Origin: Acidimicrobiales bacterium
GTDB taxonomy: Bacteria; Actinomycetota; Acidimicrobiia; Acidimicrobiales; Ilumatobacteraceae
NCBI GenBank assembly: GCA_046093205.1
Contig: JBJTFB010000231.1
Span: 1 to 24,612 of the forward strand
DNA: 24,612 nucleotides
Direction: 5' to 3'
Shown here one piece after another: positions 9,082 to 17,007 of the stretch. Under the pieces are notes generated by a model. That model saw only the letters and a list, made by a program, of their open reading frames with translations, did not search any database and was not told where the DNA came from. Numbering within the stretch: position 1 is the stretch's first letter; every line of letters starts with the position of its first letter. A program made the translations under genes and the position numbers.

Positions 9082-10145
9082 CGTCGATCCACGATCTCGG
9101 CCGTGCCGAGGTTGCGGCGGCACTCGAGGGTCTCCCCCCGTTCCGTGTCGACCAGGTGTGGACTGGTCTGTACTCCACGTTCCTGCCGGTGGCCGAGATC
9201 GCCACCCTGCCCGCTGACGTGAGGGCGCGGCTGGACGCCGCACATCCTGCGGCGCTGCGCGAGGCACGGCGGGAGGTCTCCGACAACGGAGACACGGTGA
9301 AGTTCCTCTGGCAACTGACCTACGGCGACCATCCGATCGAGACCGTGCTCATGTACTACGAAGACCGCGCGACGGTGTGCGTCAGCACACAGGCGGGCTG
9401 TGCCATGGCGTGCGGGTTCTGCGCCACCGGCCAGGCGGGTTTCACGCGCCACCTCACCGCGGGGGAGATCGTGGAACAGGTGGTGCGCTCGGCGCGGGAG
9501 GCCCGGGGGCTCGGGCGCCGTGTCGACAACATCGTGTTCATGGGCATGGGCGAGCCCCTCGCGAACGAGGAAGCCGTGCGCCGTGCGGTGGAACGCATCC
9601 ACGACGACATCGGGATCTCCGCGCGGCACCTCACCGTGAGCACCGTCGGCATCATCCCCGGCATCCGCAAGCTGGCCGACTGGCCGCTTCCGGTGAACCT
9701 TGCCGTGTCCCTGCACGCCGCGCGTGACGAACTGCGTGACGAACTGGTGCCCGTGAACCGCCGTTACCCGCTCGCCGACCTCATGGAGGCCTGTCGCGAC
9801 TATCTCTCGGCACGGAACCGGCGCATCACGTTCGAGTGGGCACTCATCGAGGGACAGAACGACACCGACCGCGATGCCCGTGAACTGGCGTCACTCGCCC
9901 GCGCACTGAGACCGTCGGCGCACGTGAACCTCATCCCGCTGAACCCCACACCCGGGTGGCCCACCAAGGGCTCGTCGCGCAACCGTGTGAACGCGTTCCG
10001 CGACCTGTTGGTGTCGCTCGGGGTGAACGCCACGGTGCGACGCAACCGAGGCACCGACATCGCCGCCGCGTGCGGCCAGTTGGCGGCGGGCCAGCCGGTG
10101 GTGCTCGGCCGCCGTGACGGTACCGACCACCAGCACCACGACTGA
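9078..10145 (+). CDS. rlmN: 23S rRNA m2A2503 / tRNA m2A37 radical SAM methyltransferase
   Basis: CVSTQAGCAMACGFCATG (CxxxCxxC), VFMGMGEP, LAVSLHA, VNLIPLNP, DIAAACGQL. GTG overlaps the mshD stop. Confidence 0.95.
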   Translation: MTSIHDLGRAEVAAALEGLPPFRVDQVWTGLYSTFLPVAEIATLPADVRARLDAAHPAALREARREVSDNGDTVKFLWQLTYGDHPIETVLMYYEDRATVCVSTQAGCAMACGFCATGQAGFTRHLTAGEIVEQVVRSAREARGLGRRVDNIVFMGMGEPLANEEAVRRAVERIHDDIGISARHLTVSTVGIIPGIRKLADWPLPVNLAVSLHAARDELRDELVPVNRRYPLADLMEACRDYLSARNRRITFEWALIEGQNDTDRDARELASLARALRPSAHVNLIPLNPTPGWPTKGSSRNRVNAFRDLLVSLGVNATVRRNRGTDIAAACGQLAAGQPVVLGRRDGTDHQHHD

Positions 10146-10190
10146 CCGCGTCCCGGGACTCAGCAGGCCCCGCGGGCTCACCGGGAGTCT

Positions 10191-10535
10191 TCAGTCGGCC
10201 AGCCAACGGGGGTTTGCGACCTCCACCTTTCGCCGCACACTCGGCTCGAGCACCTCGAGCACACGCGCAAGGTCGCCGTCAAGGTGTCCGGCGCGCACGG
10301 CGGCCGCAAGTTCGGCATCATCACGCGCCCCCAGCGACGCGAGCCGCTCCGCGTGTGCGGCGGCGTCACCGACGGGATCGACGAGCTCGCGCTCCACCAT
10401 CGCGAGGATGTTCGACGCAACCCGGGAGTGGAACTGCAGGCGACCTGTCACCGCGGGCATCACGTCGTTCTCGAGCCATTCGCGCACCGCTGCGAGCAGC
10501 TGCTCTGCCGAGGGGGCGTCGTGCGGGTTGCCCAT
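10191..10535 (-). CDS. Small helical protein (114 aa), DUF6285/LvaB-like partner of the upstream kinase
   Basis: MGNPHDAPSAEQLLAAVREWLENDVMPAVTGRLQFHSRVASNILAMVERE...KVEVANPRWLAD; ATG shares one base with the kinase stop (TGATG). Family name recalled, not verified. Confidence 0.7.
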   Translation of the reverse strand: MGNPHDAPSAEQLLAAVREWLENDVMPAVTGRLQFHSRVASNILAMVERELVDPVGDAAAHAERLASLGARDDAELAAAVRAGHLDGDLARVLEVLEPSVRRKVEVANPRWLAD

Positions 10536-11485
10536 CAGATACGCCCCTTCAACAGCCGGATGAGGTCCCATTCGTTCTCGCACACCCGCCGACCGATCGC
10601 GGCGAGTTCGTGACTGCGGGTCATCCCGGTGAGATGCGACGAGGCCTGCATGATGCACATGATCCCCCACTTCAGGGTGCCGAGAACCTCCCACCACCGC
10701 ACGGTGTCGGCGGAGGGCCGCGGTCGTCCTGCTGACTCGTACGCGTCGAATAGTTCCTCGTACCTTCCGATCCCCGCGACGGGTGCCCCGCCACCGAACC
10801 TCCAGGCACGCACGCAGACCCAGCCGAGGTCCTCCATGGGGTCGCCGATGTGGGCCAGCTCCCAGTCGAGCACCGCGGCGAGGCCCCCGTCGTCCACCAT
10901 CACGTTGCCGAGCCTGAAGTCGCCGTGCACGACGGTCGTCGCCGAGACGGCCGGGCGGTTCGCCTCGAGCCACCGGAACGCAACCTCGAACACAGGGTGC
11001 GGTTCACCCAACTGGTCGAGGACACCCCTGTAGAAGGCGACCTGGTCCTGCTCCGCGAGTGACGGCACGGACGACACGTCGATCGAGTGCAGGCGCGCCA
11101 TCGCCGAACCGATGTCGGAGGTGAGACGCGCGCGTGCCGCGGCGAACCTGTCGTCACGCTGGATCTTGCGCGCGATGGTCTCCCCCTGCACGGCAGCCAC
11201 CACGAGAAACGGGTTCCCGAGCGCAGTCGACGACGAACCGTCCACCACGAGCTCGGGCACCGGGACTCCCCCGGCCCGCGCCGCACGCAGCACCTCGGCC
11301 TCGCTCCCCATGCCGCGTGCCGCGCCGTCACGCTGTCGCTGGAGCACCAGTGCACGCCCGTCGGCGGTGAAGCTCCACGTCTCGCGGGAGGCACCACCGG
11401 AGAGACGCACCAACGAATCCACCCGGGCGCCGCCGAGGACACCGGACAGGCCGCGGGCAAGATCGTCGGTGGAGCGGGCCGTCAC
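10535..11485 (-). CDS. APH/phosphotransferase-family kinase (LvaA / ACAD10-11 kinase-domain type)
   Basis: LSGGASRETW, HGDFRLGNVM (Brenner motif), LDWELAHIGDPMEDLGW. GTG at 11485 lies 6 nt after TGG-CAGAGT. Confidence 0.88.
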   Translation of the reverse strand: MTARSTDDLARGLSGVLGGARVDSLVRLSGGASRETWSFTADGRALVLQRQRDGAARGMGSEAEVLRAARAGGVPVPELVVDGSSSTALGNPFLVVAAVQGETIARKIQRDDRFAAARARLTSDIGSAMARLHSIDVSSVPSLAEQDQVAFYRGVLDQLGEPHPVFEVAFRWLEANRPAVSATTVVHGDFRLGNVMVDDGGLAAVLDWELAHIGDPMEDLGWVCVRAWRFGGGAPVAGIGRYEELFDAYESAGRPRPSADTVRWWEVLGTLKWGIMCIMQASSHLTGMTRSHELAAIGRRVCENEWDLIRLLKGRI

Positions 11486-11529
11486 GCCCACACTCTGCCA
11501 CGGTGCTCCGCTGGGTCGACGGGTCGCTG

Positions 11530-11976
11530 TCAGTCGTTGGTGACGGCGCGGGCAAGCCCGGCCTTGCCCGCCTCGATCTGTGCCGCCAGCACCCGGTCGA
11601 GAACGCCCGCCGTCCAGAGCGAGCCGCCGTACTCGAGGTCGATCGTGACCGTCGTGGGGTCGCCCCCGCCGGTCACCCGCACCGTCATGATCCACTCCGA
11701 GTGCCGGGCCCCCGTTGCCTCCCGCCGCTCGAACACCAGGACGCGCCCGTCACCGGATGCGACGTCGGAGGCGAGAACCATGCGCAGACGCTTCGAGCGC
11801 GCGAACGGCCCCACCCGTGCGCGAAGTTCCACGTTCCACGCGGCGGGTGACGCCCCGGTTTCGGGCTCGGCCGAGTGCACGAGCGGCATCCACGTCGGGT
11901 ACCGGGAGAGATCCAGCAACAGTTCGGTCACTTGTTCGGCCGTCGCGGCGAGGGTGACAGATGACGAGACCTTCAT
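11530..11976 (-). CDS. SRPBCC/CoxG-like (START superfamily) ligand-binding protein
   Basis: SVTLAATAEQVTELLLDLSRYPTWMPLV N-terminus, beta-strand core, C-terminal amphipathic helix; 148 aa; ATG overlaps the upstream stop. Confidence 0.8.
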   Translation of the reverse strand: MKVSSSVTLAATAEQVTELLLDLSRYPTWMPLVHSAEPETGASPAAWNVELRARVGPFARSKRLRMVLASDVASGDGRVLVFERREATGARHSEWIMTVRVTGGGDPTTVTIDLEYGGSLWTAGVLDRVLAAQIEAGKAGLARAVTND

Positions 11977-12542
11977 TCGTCGTCGCCGACTGGCGGGGGC
12001 TCACCGAAAGCGCGTCCGAGCAGCCTGCCGAACGTCGGCTTCGGTTGGCCGTCGTCCGGAGCTGCACGACCGAGTCGTGGCGACCATGGCATCGCCTGGG
12101 TCTCGTCAGGGTCCACAGCCTCCACGGGTGCCGTGCCGTCGGGTACGGTCCCGTCGTTCGCAGCCGGACCGGTCTCCCTGGGGGGTGCGTCACCGTTGAT
12201 CTCGCGCCTGATTGCCTCGAACAGCGACGGCGTGTCGGCTGCCTCCTTGGCACGTCGCCCGGCCCCGCGACGGCCGCTGCCCCCTGCCGTCTTCTTCGCA
12301 GGCGTCACCGGCTCGTCGGCGTCCTTCACCTTGAACAGCCTCGGCACCGGCTCACGACGGTCGTCCAACGTCCAGCCGCGCGGCACCATCAGCGCATTCG
12401 CATGGCGACGGCACAGACGTCCGGCGGTCTCTCGCTCGGCAATGTCGGGGCGGTCCACCCACACGACGAGGTTCTGCCTGTCGATCCCGTACGAGGCATC
12501 CGATGCGGCTCCGCAGCCGGGTCGCTCGCACAGTCGTTGCAC
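11973..12542 (-). CDS. DUF3499-like protein with a low-complexity C-terminal tail
   Basis: CERPGC...RLCRRHANALMVPRGW resembles the actinobacterial DUF3499 pattern (C-x4-C ... LC-xx-H ... PRGW) as I recall it. GTG at 12542 lies 7 nt after TACCGT. Confidence 0.7.
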   Translation of the reverse strand: MQRLCERPGCGAASDASYGIDRQNLVVWVDRPDIAERETAGRLCRRHANALMVPRGWTLDDRREPVPRLFKVKDADEPVTPAKKTAGGSGRRGAGRRAKEAADTPSLFEAIRREINGDAPPRETGPAANDGTVPDGTAPVEAVDPDETQAMPWSPRLGRAAPDDGQPKPTFGRLLGRAFGEPPPVGDDE

Positions 12543-12600
12543 GGCACAGACGGTAGTGGTGCGGGCACGTTCCCGCGCGTGACTGCACTGCGCAGGAGGA

Positions 12601-12677
12601 TGGTGGGCGATACGGGACTCGAACCCGGGACCTCTACCGTGTGAAGGTAGCGCTCTAACCAACTGAGCTAATCGCCC
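12601..12677 (-). tRNA. tRNA-Val, anticodon CAC, CCA encoded
   Basis: GGGCGAT/ATCGCCC acceptor stem, GCTC/GAGC D stem, CTACC-TT-CAC-AC-GGTAG anticodon arm, GGTTCGAGTCC T loop, ACCA end. One C-U mismatch at the base of the T stem. Confidence 0.97.
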
Positions 12678-12690
12678 TTGCGGAGACCCA

Positions 12691-12696
12691 AGACTA
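12691..12696 (-). promoter_or_regulatory. Candidate -10 element for the tRNA
   Basis: TAGTCT on the - strand, 13 nt upstream of the mature tRNA 5' end. Confidence 0.4.
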
Positions 12697-12722
12697 GCGA
12701 CGACCCGCCGTCAACGGCACGG

Positions 12723-13646
12723 TCAGTAGCCGGCGTGCGGATCGATCGGCCCGACGAGGGCCCGCCCGGATACCCAACGGGCCACGTTCTCAGTGATGCG
12801 CGCACCGAGCAGCGGCACCGCCATCTCCGGGGTGTTGCCCACATGCGGGGTGATGATGCAGTTCGGCAGGCTCCACAGGGGGTGACCCTCGGGGAGTGGC
12901 TCGGGATCGGTCACGTCCAACGCGGCACCACCGATGACGCCGTTCGACAGAGCCCACACGAGGTCATCGGTGACGATGTGACCGCCGCGCGCCACGTTCA
13001 CGATCCACGCGTGGTCCTCCATCATCTCCATCTCCGCACGCGCGATGATGCCCCGCGTCTGAGGTGTCAACGAGAGCGCGAGAACCACGAGGTCCGCACC
13101 GGCGAGTGCGCCCACGAGGTTGGCGGCGTCGACGCCGTCATCGGCCCCCTCCATGTGGGCCACGTGGCGTCTCACGACGGTGACGCGACATCCCCCCGGC
13201 GAGAGAAGGCGCAGCAACGACTCCGTGATGCCACCGCCACCGAGGATTGTCACCCTCGCACCGAGGAGATTCCGACCCACCGGCCCCGTCCACCCGGTGG
13301 CACGCGCGTAGTCGCCGATTCCCCGCATCCCGGCGAGAGCCAGTCCGAGCGCGTGTTCCGCGACGGGTTCGGCGTACACGCCCTTGCCGCACGTCCACAA
13401 CCGTGAGTCGTCGACGACCGGGATGAAGTTCTCGACGCCCGCGAATGGAACCTGCACCCACTGCACGTGCGGGTTCGCTGCGAGCAGCCGGGCGAGACCG
13501 TCGGGGTCGCGCGCGTCCGACCACACCACGGCATCGGCCTCTGCCACCGGGGCGACGACACCGCCGCCCGCAACGACGGCATCCGACACCCACGACGGTG
13601 CCGTCGAAGGAGCCACGCACACCCGGCCCCGGGGCACGTTGCTCAC
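12723..13646 (-). CDS. D-isomer-specific 2-hydroxyacid dehydrogenase (NAD(P)-binding)
   Basis: Rossmann motif VTILGGGGI, WIVNVARG (Arg), ALDVTDPEPL (Glu), IITPH (His). GTG at 13646 overlaps the permease stop (GTGA). Confidence 0.9.
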   Translation of the reverse strand: MSNVPRGRVCVAPSTAPSWVSDAVVAGGGVVAPVAEADAVVWSDARDPDGLARLLAANPHVQWVQVPFAGVENFIPVVDDSRLWTCGKGVYAEPVAEHALGLALAGMRGIGDYARATGWTGPVGRNLLGARVTILGGGGITESLLRLLSPGGCRVTVVRRHVAHMEGADDGVDAANLVGALAGADLVVLALSLTPQTRGIIARAEMEMMEDHAWIVNVARGGHIVTDDLVWALSNGVIGGAALDVTDPEPLPEGHPLWSLPNCIITPHVGNTPEMAVPLLGARITENVARWVSGRALVGPIDPHAGY

Positions 13647-15670
13647 GAGCCAGTCAGTGTGGCGGCGATGTCGCTCGAGGAACTGCCTGAGCGGCGCAGC
13701 ACGACAGCCACGAACCAGAGGGCGGCCATGGTGACCACGAACAGGATCATCGCGCCGACACCCCAGAAAGGCTTGATGGTGCTGCGGGTGGCACCCAACA
13801 GCGCGACCGGGAACGTTGTGGAGCCGGCCTCCGAGATGAGGGTGGAGATCACGGCGTTGTCGAGGCACAGGGTGAACGAGAGCAGGCCACCCGCAACCAG
13901 GGCGGACGAGATCAGCGGGAGTGTCACCTGGCGGAAGGCACGCGACGGTGTGGCGCCGCGGTCCGCCGCCGCCTCCTCGAGCGATTCGTCGAGGCCCTCG
14001 AGACGGGCGCGCACGATGAGGGTGACGACCGCGCTCGCGTACAGTGACTGGCCCACCCACAGCTTGTTCATGCCGCTGCCGAACGGACCCCAGCCGTTCC
14101 GGAAGGGGTATCCCACGACCGGCACGTCCTGGATGCGCGGGAACCACGTGGCGAGCGCGATGGCATCCATGATCTCGGGCGTCACGAGGATGAGGAACAG
14201 CACTGCCATGAACGCCTTGGTCCAGGTGCCGGGACGCCTCGCGAGCGCGACTCCGGCAAGTCCGCCGATCACCACCGCGATCACGGTGGCGCCGAATGCC
14301 GCGGTGAACGAGTTCCGCACGGCGTCACCCACCCCTGAGAACTTGAACACGTCCCGGTAGCGGTCGGTGGTGGCCCAGTTCCATGCCACGGCGGCAAAGA
14401 AGGCGCCCGGGCCGAACCAGTTCGTGATCCGGGGCGGCAGGTCCGTGAAGCGGCGCAGCATCCAACGCACGAGCAGACCCCCGGCAATGATGACGGCACC
14501 GACCCACAGCACCTGCCATGCGTCCGCCGCCCAGAACAGTTCCCCCCACCACTTCGTGCTGAAGTGCCCCGACCAGATGGTGAACGACTGCCCGCGGTTG
14601 AAGGAGTGCACGAACACCAGCACGATCGGCACGAACAGGAACACCAGAACAGCCACGGTCCACGCGGCGAGAGCAACCTTCAGGGGCTCAAAAGAAAGCC
14701 GCACCCGCGCACCCCGCGGGGCGCCGCCCATCGCGCGCGTGTGGTTCGCGCGCCTCACCCTCTCACCGAACGGCGAGAACAACGACACGATGCGGGGCAC
14801 CAGCCACACGGCCGCCGCGCCGACGACGAGAGCAAGAAGCACGAACACGATCATCAGCACCGCCATCGCGGAGCCGAGCGGCCAGTTCTGTGCCCCACCG
14901 AACTGCGACGCCACGAGCGCGCCGATCATGTTCCCCTTGGCCCCGCCCAGCACGGTTGCGGCGACGTAGTCACCGCACATGGGGATGAAGGTGAGCAGGA
15001 CTCCGGCCACGATTCCCGGGCCTGCGAGCGGCAGGGTGACCGACACGAAGGTTGCCAGCCGGCCCGCGCCGAGGTCCTTGCTGGCCTCGCGCATGCGCAC
15101 ATCGATGCGATCGAGCGCAACGAACAGGGGCAGCACCATGAAGCCGAGGTAGTTGTAGACGACGGCAATCTGCACCGCGAGGGATGTCTCGAGCACCTGG
15201 ATGCCGTTCTCACCCACCCACCCGAGGTCCATCAGGAACCGGGAGAAGGCGCCGTTCGGCGCGAGCGGTATGCGCCACGCCACGGTGCGAATGAGGAAAC
15301 TCGTGAAGCTGGGCACCACGACGAGCGCGAGAATCACCGCCCGCCAGCGCTCGCTCACCTTGAACGCCGCGAAGTACGCGACGGGCAGTCCGATCAGCAC
15401 GCACATGGCGGTGGCAATCACCGCGATGCGCAGCGTTCCCCGGAAGACCGTGAAGAAGGTCTCGTCGAAGACCGCGGAGTAGTTGGCCGTGGTGAGCCGG
15501 CTGAGATCGACCGGCAGGACGAGTGACGTGTCCTTCGTGCCGAAGGAGTAGTAGACGATGTAGCCGATCGGGACGACGAAGAACAGCGCGTACCAGATGA
15601 TCGACGGCAGCGCGAGGGCGAACCTCGGTGCCCGCACCCGCCGGCGCCTGCCGGTCAGCGCCGCCGTCAC
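13643..15670 (-). CDS. Fused PotB-PotC-type polyamine ABC permease (two transmembrane domains in one chain)
   Basis: 675 aa; two EAA motifs (REASKDLGA, EEAAADRGA); PotB-like N half (SFLIRTVAW, VYNYLGFMVLPLF) and PotC-like C half (VFLFVPIVLVFVHSFN, LVTPEI). Confidence 0.88.
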   Translation of the reverse strand: MTAALTGRRRRVRAPRFALALPSIIWYALFFVVPIGYIVYYSFGTKDTSLVLPVDLSRLTTANYSAVFDETFFTVFRGTLRIAVIATAMCVLIGLPVAYFAAFKVSERWRAVILALVVVPSFTSFLIRTVAWRIPLAPNGAFSRFLMDLGWVGENGIQVLETSLAVQIAVVYNYLGFMVLPLFVALDRIDVRMREASKDLGAGRLATFVSVTLPLAGPGIVAGVLLTFIPMCGDYVAATVLGGAKGNMIGALVASQFGGAQNWPLGSAMAVLMIVFVLLALVVGAAAVWLVPRIVSLFSPFGERVRRANHTRAMGGAPRGARVRLSFEPLKVALAAWTVAVLVFLFVPIVLVFVHSFNRGQSFTIWSGHFSTKWWGELFWAADAWQVLWVGAVIIAGGLLVRWMLRRFTDLPPRITNWFGPGAFFAAVAWNWATTDRYRDVFKFSGVGDAVRNSFTAAFGATVIAVVIGGLAGVALARRPGTWTKAFMAVLFLILVTPEIMDAIALATWFPRIQDVPVVGYPFRNGWGPFGSGMNKLWVGQSLYASAVVTLIVRARLEGLDESLEEAAADRGATPSRAFRQVTLPLISSALVAGGLLSFTLCLDNAVISTLISEAGSTTFPVALLGATRSTIKPFWGVGAMILFVVTMAALWFVAVVLRRSGSSSSDIAATLTGS

Positions 15671-15674
15671 CCGG

Positions 15675-16931
15675 TCAGGCTCCGGCCTTCGCCTTGGTCT
15701 TGTTCAGGATCTCGACGAGTCGGTCGAGCGCCGGGTTCATCTCCTGGGCCTCCATCGTGGCCACCTGCTCGTCGGAGAAGAAGATCATGTCGGGCTTGGA
15801 CAGGTCGGGCGCGAGCTCCTTCAGCAGCTGCTCCATGTTCTTCATGCCCGTGTGGTATCCGTGGTACGAGAGATCCTTGATGGAGACCTCGGGCACGAGT
15901 TCCCAGTTGATCCACGCGTGCGCGGCCTCGGGGTTCGGTGCCCCGACGGGGACCGCGTAGGTGTCCATGAACAGCTGGGTCTTCGGCCCGGGCAGCACCC
16001 ACTTCCAGTTGTCGGGGTTGCCGCCGGCGTCGGCAATTCGCGAGTACGCCTGGCGCGCGTCACCCGTCCAGGCGACGGCAATGGAGTACGCGCCCTCGGC
16101 GATCTTGGTGCTGGGGTAGCTGTCGAACGCCTTGATGTGCTGACCGAGGGTGTTCACCATGTAGTCCTCGCACGCATCGAGGTCGGCGGCATCGGTGGTG
16201 TTCGCCGACTTCCCGTTCGCCCAGAACCACGGCCCACAGAAGTCCCACGCCGCATCGATGACGGCCACATTGCCGCTTGCCTCCTTCGTGCAGGCGTCGA
16301 GGAAGTCGGCCCAGGTCACGAGGTCACGCTTGATCTTGGTGGTGTCGTAGAGGAACCCGGCGCTGCCCCAGTCCTTGCACACCACGTACTCGTCGTTCGG
16401 GTCCCACGGCTGGCCGACGTACGGCGCATCGAGGTTCACGAAGTTCGGCAGCTGCGACTTGTCGAGCTTCTGCAGGAGGCCCTTCTGGATCATCTGCGGC
16501 ACGTAGGGGCCGGTGGGCACCACGATGTCGAAACCGCTCTGCCCCGACGACGCCGAAAGCTTGGTGATGAGGTCCTCGTTGCTGGCGTAGTAGTCGACCT
16601 TCATCGACACGCCGAGAGTGGACTCCGCGAGGGCGCCGACGAGCTCGGGGTCGTTGTAGTCACCCCAGGTGTACATGGCGAGCGCGCCGCTCGACTTGCG
16701 GATCTTGCGGCTCCACTCGCCCGTGGCCGTGCCCTCGAGCTCGGTCCAGTCGCCGCCCGCGCCACCCGATGTGTCGGCGGGTGTGCTGCCGTCGGAGACC
16801 GAACCGCTGTTGCCGCATGCGGCGAGCACCACGGCCAGGCCGGCGGTGGCCGTGCCGGCCTTCAGGAACGCGCGGCGGGAGAGCTGCTCGCGGAAACTGT
16901 GCGGCGCGAGGATCTTGATCGGTCGGTCCAT
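15675..16931 (-). CDS. Polyamine ABC transporter substrate-binding lipoprotein (PotD/PotF family) with Tat signal
   Basis: SRRAFLK twin-arginine motif, lipobox LAAC, YTWGDY, SNEDL, DIVVPT, WTGDA, FMDTYAVP. SD-like AGGGGAG before the ATG at 16931. Confidence 0.88.
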   Translation of the reverse strand: MDRPIKILAPHSFREQLSRRAFLKAGTATAGLAVVLAACGNSGSVSDGSTPADTSGGAGGDWTELEGTATGEWSRKIRKSSGALAMYTWGDYNDPELVGALAESTLGVSMKVDYYASNEDLITKLSASSGQSGFDIVVPTGPYVPQMIQKGLLQKLDKSQLPNFVNLDAPYVGQPWDPNDEYVVCKDWGSAGFLYDTTKIKRDLVTWADFLDACTKEASGNVAVIDAAWDFCGPWFWANGKSANTTDAADLDACEDYMVNTLGQHIKAFDSYPSTKIAEGAYSIAVAWTGDARQAYSRIADAGGNPDNWKWVLPGPKTQLFMDTYAVPVGAPNPEAAHAWINWELVPEVSIKDLSYHGYHTGMKNMEQLLKELAPDLSKPDMIFFSDEQVATMEAQEMNPALDRLVEILNKTKAKAGA

Positions 16932-17007
16932 GGTGGTGTCTCCCCTGTCAGCGGCATCGGCCGTTGTCTGTTGGTTCTGTTGTAGCAGACCGGCCCGGGT
17001 GCGGCGG

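Noticed and set aside
7504-9267. 587-aa - strand ORF and other long alternative-frame ORFs (e.g. 4734..5966, 15597..16985, 18563..19849, 21165..22301)
   Set aside because: Shadow ORFs of a high-GC genome: R/P/G/A-rich or antisense to well-supported genes, with no motifs.
10146-10190. Terminator between rlmN and the small helical gene
   Set aside because: Only a 5-bp GACTC/GAGTC inversion around a weak inner stem, and no U tract.
10535-11485. Aminoglycoside resistance gene
   Set aside because: APH fold only; motifs and the coupled small partner fit metabolic LvaA/ACAD-type kinases, with no mobile context.
12601-12677. tRNA as integration site of a genomic island
   Set aside because: No integrase or transposase, no duplicated tRNA 3' end seen, and flanking genes look native in composition.
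12696-12714. TTGACG as -35 for the tRNA promoter
   Set aside because: Only 12 nt from TAGTCT, too short for sigma-70 spacing.
14688-14725. U-rich run (CTTTCTTTTGA on -) in the permease linker as terminator or frameshift site
   Set aside because: The nearest hairpin is about 11 nt from the U run, it is not a canonical slippery heptamer, and the ORF reads through in frame.
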